Source: a virus | Taxonomy: Duplodnaviria; Caudoviricetes | DNA length: 64,000 nt | IMG/VR virus record: IMGVR_UViG_3300013936_000011 | Span: 32,001-96,000 of that record | Reading direction: 5' to 3' (one strand) | Part shown: piece after piece, positions 19,101 through 28,600 of the stretch | Layout: every line of letters starts with the position of its first letter | Position numbering within the stretch: position 1 is the stretch's first letter | Notes under the pieces: generated by a model | Told to the model about the DNA's origin: nothing | Seen by the model: only the letters and a program-made list of their open reading frames with translations | Databases searched by the model: none | Program-made: the position numbers and the translations under genes

Positions 19101-19595
19101 AAACATGAACAAAAACAAATATTAAAATATATGCCAGATTATTTAAAACGTCCATTGCAAATATCATGGGGACAAAAACCTGATAAGATGGAATCTAATT
19201 ACAGATATTTCAAAAGAAAGAAAATGCCTTCTATGTTCTGGAAAGGTTGGAAACCTAATGTGAATCTTAAATACGTTAAGATGAAAACTATTCAAAACGA
19301 AGGTATGATGTTATCTGATTTTGGTTACTATGAATCTGAAAAAGCTAAGCCTATGTATGAGGCAGCTCCTAGTATAGATGATTATAATAATAATTCAGGA
19401 CAATTATATAGAACTAATCTATTAACATCTTTACATGGTATGGGAATAGGACCAATGAATATATCTGTTAAAACTACATCAGCCCCTGGTCTATGGATAT
19501 ACGGTGATGTAAAGAGTACAGTAAGCGATGCTACAAAAGTAGCAGGCTATAAAGTAGCTACTGCAGCTCAAACATTGTCTAGTTTAATATTTTAA
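13167..19595 (+). CDS. Probable tape measure / ejected protein with degenerate thermonuclease (SNase)-like domain
   Basis: 2142 aa immediately after chaperones; basic N-terminus plus hydrophobic helix; Gly/Ala-rich hydrophobic segments near 18150-18600; SNase-like pattern ~17640-17910. Confidence 0.6.
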   Translation: MARKRRDKKRDPSTLERLSKVSVTALAVGAGAVFLNRNKSVNKFLTDTASPLLKSTKGFKKDLIGRDKKNLMTYYRAYQKNFGKNRSKLRDEIKRRKISPLALNVKNSKAVRDALEHKQFVSKTGYKALEKNKRIAGKILARQELYKYFLQSEKYKHLTEDNARQIVKNVYDKLDDEAIASKIIDEMIPKTMEGIGIEKIDFNEIFTLINEVKKKSSPKTNSLDPYLRKNKDLFDSLKGHRTREESAFDKVDKFFKKFLDVDINSEKFITSSKAATIGDLEDNLEKFDFESPLYEKMNVTAKKPSTRSKRKEFDYDTFIQTLKDMYGEEDYRNVVLDPSIRIKDGADGPEFFSVEEMSETMKNIKNGFKDTLPGQILAKGFDDKRGMPDIAIIPADTKSAFARARTFDIDEVGQAFKEDRERNISSTPSLYMDGYLYDMRENADGKVTIDFDSGQRVKMVSGYKRRVLNELLGTTDEYKPEAFHSELAKKLGLVQDGKFNPINHLMRSLTKFEDPNWEFNQIESIEGIYLSTASPADTVKDMRSLGTAETEISKYKSRLHRNEETVAALLNKKLTGITDETMEAIIDSGNITEKQRDMLQALMDGDITFYIKAAAFDEAGNYNLKDIKNDKLRNIVNNLITDTKATLDSTETLYKKGAALPILELEFDSSTKLNLEGQLRIETVKDILLNKQGTDDAMFNWIDELNVNDIPITSKDNAMLKSMGTLAVFEDRTHLGTISNFTSAVNSLYENTDYTLNTELELNPQMKNRFENDLGSIKSDFGLFSIGYNKNLNEEYGTDYTKYGLIHMSSASQILTYNMNEGIKFNAQALKDTVRELNAGRNDPEHITELTINLQYLLSRLSYSVEGEGLGLSANDMGSPLETVKNIALKRLLPAAAIYQGYNVLNYESQKLTGTSIPGAFANSLANIDIASRRLIENTPLYGALNSLAESSVIHEYYFGDRHFNTAEEEQEYYETGYSPVRKGRFWSFGSASEYRGGSITYWEPNYLKRANSDWKDAGIYGSIDNRWAHSWIPTPQHPLAPIRRLLDPYWLEKYHLKENDRPYPLTGKMFTEGTAWGAVLNPTIGQILKPVKMLPQVKRRLGRDGRDSVAIIENLNNRIKQRAKENDDLMVVNGTDIRNAEYVPYGNPDDDELNVTVSNGHATVQGMNYMDQVKNIREYEPPDGVTYTNDTIDYNSGTVSRKQQYIVSKAEKFVDELDRSSYNATSITESATNIIKKVNTAIKRKSKHARRIDNSTLMPDKREGTFVYRNLANERLNYDNQYYSDHEIKKMVDRSVYKDYARDVKHSIKDLTGIYGFLGDKAFGTDTYTYRFANAGEMTSFSRGFWDSNIGGLGGEFMEIARRFFPNTDKSRVSYNPLRNNMPDWIPDTYHYGDPYVEIPKGEMRLPGKGYEAMYDLHPDQFGRYGAFDRYKILADIAPNSTEFKKWKNIAKNTVTDPNLVKEMEDIGVRASKMSGNHEFFDYKYIRNNLEYRKGRVQGISNGQVVLAGGETLTLAGLNVNDQTTEALKEYLKPGQKITYRTYKDKKIDLENTQRITEAVVYSGSSNINERLLNEGYAEKNKEDNSALGIAGTQSGHQEVMGGLQEVIAHAPLPYVHSKFLKVETPLESYKNELYYGHPFNTWDHPIKGFVTPAFNKNSGKSLAGEAVALGYAYLHFSKIAGKTSSKLLSNVSTFTMATLNPASFLGIALGYATRLSNGKIEGNGGSSLTNAQKGAAITTAISAAKYGWDNADNPLKAATTFAFAGSVISHNLKGVNEFAREAFNKELNFLPGDFKAGAKIGALVGLGVSAIKNSHFDKDKIFSTKFVPKETKERWDIDEYYDRMEYVKYMGLYRKAARKAEFFEHSNIRSTFKELDKNKEKIAKLDRKATKLATKNSTNEKIQSKLTEIQQQRQALEEQNNMFFKGGKYTQSAVAYKKKAESTLYGLSPTSTKDELLAAVPDEYKDHFQAFMDVTDKHEQKQILKYMPDYLKRPLQISWGQKPDKMESNYRYFKRKKMPSMFWKGWKPNVNLKYVKMKTIQNEGMMLSDFGYYESEKAKPMYEAAPSIDDYNNNSGQLYRTNLLTSLHGMGIGPMNISVKTTSAPGLWIYGDVKSTVSDATKVAGYKVATAAQTLSSLIF

Positions 19596-19620
19596 AGCCA
19601 TGTTAAACCATGGCTTTCTT
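19594..19620 (+). terminator. Stem-loop / probable intrinsic terminator
   Basis: Perfect 9-bp stem AAAGCCATG-TTAAAC-CATGGCTTT followed by CTT. Confidence 0.65.
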
Positions 19621-19621
19621 C

Positions 19622-19635
19622 GTAATATACATAAG
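19622..19635 (+). promoter_or_regulatory. Candidate late-promoter element GTAATA-W-rich-AG
   Basis: GTAATATACATAAG between terminator and SD; similar words at 8028, 51638 and 56108. Confidence 0.3.
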
Positions 19636-19654
19636 AAGGTAGGTGTGTGCGTAT

Positions 19655-22600
19655 ATGGCGAATTTTAATAAAAATATTACGATATATGATAATAAATATA
19701 GTGTCGTTAAAGGTAGAAGAGCTGATGGTACTTTTAGAAGTGGCAGTGAGACATTAGCAGACAGACAGAAGAGAGTAAGTACTAAGTTTGCTGATGACAT
19801 AACAGCTATTCAAGACTTTGTTGATACTTTTGCCAATCAATCTAAAGTCATCTTTAGAGATGATAATACATTGGTTCTTAAAACTTCTCATAAGCCATTT
19901 GATAGAGTAGAAGAAAGCGAAGCTGCTAAGAAAGCTTTAGATATATTAAATACTAATAAATTTTTCAATACTATCACAAACAAAACAAGTCCTAGTAACG
20001 TAACTCTTAAATATCATAATTTAGCTAATATAAATACTACTGCTTCTTATGATAATATGAGTCATGTATTTGATAAATATCAAAACATAATAAAGAGTAA
20101 TGGTACTATAGTCGGTTACGACCTTGAAACACTTGGTGGTATGTCTGATGGTATATGGAATCCATTAGGTATAACTGAATTCGGTATTAATAAACAACAC
20201 ATAGTTAATGGTAAAGTAGCTAAAACAACTAGTGAGAATATCATGCTATCTGGTACTGTAAATCATACAGCTGAGTTAAATAAAATCAGAGCCGTACTTA
20301 TGAGTCCTAATGGTGCTAAGAAATTAGCAGAAGATCCTCAATATAGAGGTCTACTTGTTTCTGCAAAACGTTATAGTATGTACGGTCATAAAGATACTAA
20401 GATACATTTTGATGGAAAGAAAGGCTACGGAGTAATCGACTCATTCGTCGGTGAAAAAGGAGAAGCTTGGGGTAATTTAGAACAGATTACTGCAGGTGTT
20501 AATAAATTTATAAATATAGAAAAACAAGCTTCACAAGCCATAGATGAAGCTTCAGGATTAAGAAAAGATGTTAAAACATCTATTGATTATATATTCGATA
20601 TAATGAAGACAGGAAACGATCAACACGGTTTAGTAGTAGGTCATAATATACGTGGATTCGATAATGCTGCACTTAATCAATATGTAAAGAAACTTTATAA
20701 CAGTGATAAAGCTGCACAGAAATATATAACTAGTAAAATGGGTATCCTAGGAATAAATACTCCAGGATTCCATTTAGGACCTATTGCACAAGCCGATTCA
20801 TTAAACTTTTCTAGGGTAGTAAATAACAAGAATTATATGGGTGCATTACTTGATGTATCTGATAGAGGACGTCAAATACTTGCTCAAGCTGGACGTGGAA
20901 TTAATAAGCAAGAAAATATAGGAGCAGTATTCTTCCCTCACTTATTCGAAGGTGCTATGGCGCATAGTGCAGGTAACGATACAGCCGTAGTTAATGCGTT
21001 CTTTACTCATAGATTTACAGAAGATTATTTAAAGAAGATAGGTATCGATCAAGATGCTATCGGTACTTTTAAAGGCAAAACTCTTATAGAAGCTATGAAT
21101 GATATGATGGGCTCTTTCGATAATGCTGTCGATATTAAAGCTAATCGTCAACAAATATTTATGGCTAATAAAACTATGAATGGTAGCTTTGGCGGTAAGA
21201 AAGTATTTAACTTTACACGAGATAGCCAAGGAAATATAATAACTTCTACTGGTCATTTTATTAATCCAAATGGAGGTATAGAATATAATCCTGTACATGG
21301 TAAACAAATAGGTGTAGTTAGAAATCAACCATATACTATAGTTAATTATGGTTCCGTAAACACATCTCAATATTCAGGGCAATTAGCTAACTTAGTACCT
21401 GAGTTTGCAACGGATGAAGCGTATTATTTAAATCTAGAACAAGTAGTTGGTGATAAATATAAATCAAGAACAAATCCTACACAGACTACTATGTTGTTCT
21501 CTACTAAAGAAGAAATGGAAGGCTTTATAGATTCATACTTGACTCCATTTGCTGAATCTACTACAGGTGGAGGATATAAATATCTTGGTAACAGAAAAGT
21601 AGCTGAATCATACGCTAAACAATATATGCTTACTGATAAAGGTTTAGAATTTAATCAACAACAATGGAATAGTATGTTTGAAGCTGAACAAATCAAAGGT
21701 GCTTTAAATTCTAATTTCGAAAGAAGATACGAAAAGAAAGCTGCTGAAAACTTCTTATTTGGAGATAAGTCTGCTAAAAGAATTGGTGAGTCATTAGACT
21801 TTATAGAATACTTGAACAAAAAGAATTTATCTGCAATGACTGCTGATGATTTAGGACGTATCTATTACAATAAATACAGCGGAATGAAAGTAGGAAATGT
21901 AGAAATTACTAAGAACCTAGCCGATGAAATTAGAGAGAACATCAAAGATACATTCGGATTCCATCCTAGAGACGAAAACGGTAAGCCTCTTGAAAAGAAA
22001 ATATTATTAGATGCTACTGCAGATAATGCTATAGCTTCATTCGAACATGTTAAAGAACAAGAGAAATATTATAGAAATGCGTTAAACACAGTTTTTAAAG
22101 CTCACAATATAAATCCTAGTCAACATGGTAGTTATGGAGTAACTATAGCTAAAAGTGGTCAAGTCATGGCTGCAATTAATAATGACTTTATTACTCTTAA
22201 TGATGCATTAAGTGTTCCAGTAGCTAATTCTGTAGGAGAATTTATGGATTTATCTGAAAAAGGCGTACGTAACTTAGCATTAAATGCTGATACTCAACTT
22301 ATGCCTAAAGCTTTAGTAGATAATATGTATGAATTCAAATTAAGTAAAGATTTTTATTTCAATAAGAAAGCTAGTAATATTAATGGCCTTATGTCACCTA
22401 AAGAGTATCAAAACATAATTCAATATAGTCTTGATAGTTCTGACCCTGGCATGAACTTTATAGATAAGCTTATTAAAATACAAACAGGTGCTACACGTCA
22501 ATTAACAGAGACAGAAAGAATACAATCTGGTAGACAAGTATTTTATCAATTTGTAAATGACGAGTTATCTAAAGATAAAGTACTTAGCAAAAATCAACAT

Positions 22601-25600
22601 ATAATAGAACTAGGTAGTTATGTACAAAAGAAAGACTATAACCTACGTCATGCTTTATCATATTTAGAACAAGGTATTTCCGAAGTTCGTGAAGCAAATC
22701 CAGAAGCTGGAGTTATTAGATCAACTGCAAAACGTGGAATAAAAACTAATTATTTAATGAGTAAATACAGAAATAATCTAACTCCTGAAGCGATGGCAGA
22801 AACCATGAAAGGTATAGGTAAAACCGTAGATGTATCTTCAGCAAAGGGTACAGAGAGAAAGAAAATGGTTGAAAAACTAGTCAACAGCTTTATCATAGAT
22901 GAAGGCACTTTCTCTAGAGATTTAAAAGCATTGCATGGTTCAAACACTGACGCCATAGAAGATACTATGTTAGCATATCGTACATTAAAGAAACAATATG
23001 GAACATTTGTTAATGACTTAATAGATGCTGCAGGTAACGTAGATATGAATTTAGTATTTAATGAAAAGTCTGGCAGACTATTTGTTCAAAAAGGAGAAAA
23101 GATGGTCGACTTAGATAATATAGCTAGAATTATAAGCGACCAAGGTGCTTTATATGGTAAGAGTGGAAGTCAAAGACTTGCTATACACCATGTACTAGAA
23201 TATGATCAAAGAGCGAAGGCTTTAAAATATAGAACTAATTTAGATGACCATTTCGGCGGAATGAAGACTTTAGTTAAAAGAATTGATAAGTTAGCTGAAA
23301 AGGGCGAAGTAGACCTTGACTCATTCAGAAGAGCTGTTGGTAAATTACAAGTTGATCTTAATGAAGCTCCTGTTTATAAATATAATTATGGTTCTTTATT
23401 ATTAGCTAATAGCCCAGTTGATATAAGAGGAGTAGATCCATTATATCCTGAACTATTTAAAGAAGATGGAGAATTCCATAGCATTATAACTCGTATGAGT
23501 AATAACGATAAATTCAATGTTGATGATTTACAAAACATAATGGAAAGAAGAATACCAGAGTCTTTAGAGCCTGGTAAACTTGATCCTATGCAAAGATCAT
23601 TAATGTCTCCAGACGTAGTCCCTATACTACAAGAGTTCAATAGAGCTACTACTAATAACTCTGTTGTCGATAGAATATTAAAACATATAAATGATACTGG
23701 TAAAGAAACTAAAGAGACTAAAGGTATAAAAGTAGTCAATGAATTGTATATTCCACAAGGCTCTGGAGGATTTGATAACTATGGTCGTCCAGTATCAGTA
23801 TCTGCTTTTAATAGAAACTGGATAAAAGCGAACACTATAGAAGAAGCTAGTAAGACATATGAAAATCTATTAATAGGTGCTAGAGTTATAGATACTAAAC
23901 AAGTACATGCAAACATATATAAAAATGTTAAAGAAGTCGGTAATCTAGCAGGTGACTTTGCAATAAGACAATTAAATATGTCAAACCAAAACATATCTCA
24001 ATTAGTTAAATACAAGAGAAATTCAGTAATTGATTCTATTATAAATAAATATTCAAACGATCCAGATAGAAAATATATAGCAGATGATGTTGAACAAATA
24101 ATGTCTGAAGTGGAACATATAGTAAGAGGTTCTGTATATGAACAAGGTAAACTTATGGACCCTGAATTATTTGAAAGACTTATCGGAGATAATCCTCAAG
24201 ACGTTAGAAAGATAAGTTATAACTTAAATGCTATTCCTGCTATAGAAGCTATGCTTGAAAGGGAAGATCCTGAGAAATTAATCAAGACTAAAATCCCTCA
24301 AATGAGGGAGATGTTTGGTGAATTAAAGAGAGACGAAAATGGACATTACAGATATGTTAAGACTCCTGGTACTATTATTAAACGTGGAGAAACTATATTC
24401 CCTTATGAAGCATTCGGCGATATAGAAAAGAGATTCGGTTCTAAATTCCCAGAGAGTGTATTAAGTCTGAAGTTTAGAAACAAAGAAGGTATTGAATTAT
24501 CTGAAGCCGAAATATCAAAAATTATAAATGATACTTTTGGTAAACAGGATATTGATATAAAAGATGTAATCAATCTATTTTCAAATGGCGATGAGTTTAC
24601 TGCAGCATATGAAGTAGCGCATATTTCTCAACAAGAATTACCTAAGACTTTCTCTAACAGTGCTGAAAAATCTATGACTCGTATACCATATGCAAAAACT
24701 GGTTCGCACGATCCGAGAATAAGAAAGATATTAACTGATACTGAAAATGATCATTGGGTTAAAAATATTGTATTGAGAGATGAGACTCTTGATGCTTGGT
24801 ATCATGATTTAGAAAAAGCTTATAAAGATGGTGGCAAGACAGCAAAAGATATTCTTAAACAAAATGGTTTTGATACTATACAAGATTTAAAAGAAGCTGC
24901 TAAACGCGAAAGATTACTTTATCGTGATTTTGTATTTGGTGAAAATAGTATATTTGGCATGGTATCTGTAATAGCTAATGATAATGTTACAGGCCATGAA
25001 AATATGGGTCATCAAATGTCTAGTGCATTAGGTGAAGCTATAAGACTTACTGGTAAATACACAGCTAAACCTGGTGCTAGCAATACTGAACAATGGGAAT
25101 CAGGTATAAATAAAGTAGCTGAAATAATAGCTTCCGATCCTAAGAAATTTGGCTTTATAAGAGAAATGGATAGTAGCAAAGGTGTAAATGAAGCTAAGAC
25201 ACTTGATATTTCTCAAAACCTATCATTGCTATTTAGTACAAATACATATGATAAAAATAAAAAAGGCATTGAAGTATTAGACTCTGAAAAGATAGTTAAT
25301 TTATTCAGAGAGATAGATAAAACTATACTTAAGAATGCTCCAGAAGAAGATAGACTAGTTCATACTAATCTTGAAGGTGTAGATGAATTAGTTGGAGCTG
25401 TTAAGACAATAACTGTAGACGGCAAGAGACATGCTATTGGTTCTGTAGGTGTTACTTCTACTGCATTTGCTGAAGATTCAGAAGTGCAATCTGGTGTCAG
25501 TCAAGAATATCTTGATGCTAAAAAAGCTTTAAGACAATACACTCATATGTTGGATCAAGTAAAGGCTATTAAGCCTGAAGATCTTACAGAACAACATATT

Positions 25601-28600
25601 AACTTGCTTAAGATTCTACCAGAGAGAATAGAAGAAATACGTAACGAAATAGATGCTATGTCTGACGGTGCTGCATTTATGAAAATAGATGATCAGCTTA
25701 GAAACATACTTAGTAACTCAGCTTTAAACAGTACTACTGAAAGACGTTTAAGTAATTTAATTGCAAACAGTAGTGATCCTTATGGGTATACTAAATTGAT
25801 AGAAGAAGCTTCTGATAAGTTAATAGCTCGTAATAAAGATGGAGAATTTGAAATAAATAAAAAGTATAAAACAGATAATGTCAATAGACCATGGCTAGAA
25901 GATGTTAAACAACAAATTACTTTCAATCCATTAGAAGAAGACGAGTTAACTGAAAAGATGTTAAAGGAAGAAGAATACAGACATCTTGAGCCTATATACA
26001 ATGAAGTAGTCAGAAAACGTGGTATGAAACTAGGAACTGATAGCGCCGAATTATTCTATCAAGGTAATATCGCTTATGCTGGTGCTAAATTTAATGCTGG
26101 CGGAAATGTTGATTTACAGCCTTTATTAGACAAAGGAGTTGAAGTTGTACCTGCAGAAAAATATGTAGGTAATCTTGGCAGAGCTTCAGCTGGTCAATTT
26201 GTAAGCTCATATGCTGACAAAACTATATTATTAGACTTAGGTGAAAACTATGCTAATATGTCTGAAACAGGAAACAGATACATAGCAGTACCTGGATTAG
26301 GTAATGTAGTGAACAGTCAAGAAATTAAAAGAGATTGGCAAAAGACTGCAGGCGCTTTAGCTAATACATGGCAAGAATGGTCTAACCTAGGATTTAATGA
26401 TACTGAAGAAGGTCTTAGATTAGTTAGCAGAATGGATGACTTATACGATAAATTAAATACTGAAAGTCAACAAATAGTTAAGAAAGGTAACGTATTTGCA
26501 GAGAAAGCGAAAGTAAGAGTTAATGCTCCTGCACAACGTCTTAAAATACAAGCTACTCTTGGCGAATCAGAACTTCACGATCCATTAATAGATAAGATAA
26601 GAGCAAATACTCCTGATAATTATAAGGTTGATGAAGACTGGTTCAGAGACAATGCGACAATATTAGGTAAATCAGTATCTGAATGGGAAAAACATGGTCC
26701 TAATGGTCCTAGCTTATATTATAACTACAGATTATCATCAATGTCAGACTTCCAAAATAAAGGTTATTTTGATTATGATTTCATGAGACAAATGGGATTC
26801 ACTAAGAAAGATGCTAGTGGAAACATGGTACCTATTACTGATAAAACTGAGTTACGAAGTGAAATGATAAACTATTTAAAAACTCATGGTACTATGGATA
26901 TCTCAGACCGTTATCCTAATATATATGATACATCTGCACTTACTAACTATACATTCTTAGACACAACATTAGCTGATAATGCTACAGCTATAGCAGGACA
27001 TACTTTATCTAATCTTAATGGTGACCTTGACGGTGATTCAGATTCAACAGTTAAAATAGCAAAGAATAACGTAAACTATCTTTTATATAATAAGCATAAA
27101 GAAGATTCTATGGCACAAATGAAAGCTGATTTAAAAGCTCAAAACATAGATATAGATTCTTTAGACAAAGATATGGTTGAAGAAAACTTACGTAGAAATA
27201 CTATTCAATCAATGAAGCAAAATAATGTCAGAGGTACTGCTGAAGAACTTGGCGAAGCTTATGATTTCTTTAGAGGAAAAGAATTAGAATCTATTAGAGT
27301 CGCTGTAGATAATGCTAAAGTTGTAAGAGAAAACGTAGCAGAGACACTTGCTAAAGATAGTGGTAGAGCTTATAAATCTATGGCTTTATCAGTAGATGGT
27401 AAAAACTTGTTAGCAGAAGTAGAAGGTGGACGTTCATCTCTTGGTAGATTAAGAACGTTTAATAGAAGAGAAAACGTTGGAGCTGGAGAATTAGTTAAAA
27501 GCGATAACGAATTAAAAGATTATTTCGCAGAAGCTGTAAATGTATTAGATAAACAACCTGATTTATTTAAAGGCGAAAAGTTTAAATACGTTGAAGGCAT
27601 GAGAGAAATAGGAGATAAAGAATCTGCTAAGACTGTTGTTTCATTTGGTAATAACCAAAGAGAAGCTTTAGATGAAATGCTTTACATATTACAAAAGAGT
27701 GGTAGTCAGATGGCTGACCAAGCAGAAACTGCAGCACTTGGAAGAATTCAACAAAATAAATATGTCGAATCACTATTATTCAAAGGTTCTAAAGATGCCA
27801 TAGGTTTGGTTGATGCTCAATTATATGCTATGAAGCAAGCATCTGATAATTACTTTGCTCAAGCAGAAAAAGATACTGAACGTAGATTAAGATTATCTGG
27901 TATGAGCGAAAGTGAAATCAGAAATAGTCCTGAACTAAAATCTATTGCATTAAAAAGAGGAAATATAACTTTATTCTCTGGCGGTTCAGAACAAGATATT
28001 ATATCAGCTAAAAAGCTTAAAATGTACGCTGGTGATGATCGTTTCATGTCATTTGGTGGAACAATGCAATCAATAAGAAGTGGTAGAGCTACACAAGAAA
28101 CTCGTGAAGACTTCTTAGATTGGTTCGAACGTTACGGTAAATTCTCTACTGTAGCTAGTCAATTTGATACATGGGCAGATGATGGTACATTAAGTGAATC
28201 TATGATTAATAAAGCTTCTTCTTATATTGATAAATATGAAAAAGAAGGCGTTAAAGATGCTGCTGAAAAAGGTAAAGCTATGTATCTTGCTGAACACTAT
28301 TATGATACTATAGATACATTAAATAAGAATAATGAAAGCTTTAGAGCAGATGCTAACTTATTTGCTGTATTCGGTAGAAATGGTGGTAGCGTAGAAAGAT
28401 TAGTTAATGTAGAAGGAGCTTCTGGTGAGAGTCACACAGCTTTAATACAAAGTTTATTAAGTGGCCAAGATGTATCTTATAAAGACCATGACTTTGAAAA
28501 ACAAGGCACTAGAGTTATGGCAGATAGATTAAAGAATATAAATAACTTTAAGAACATTACTAAAGCTAGTAGCGAAACATTAGAACATATAGTTGAAGGT

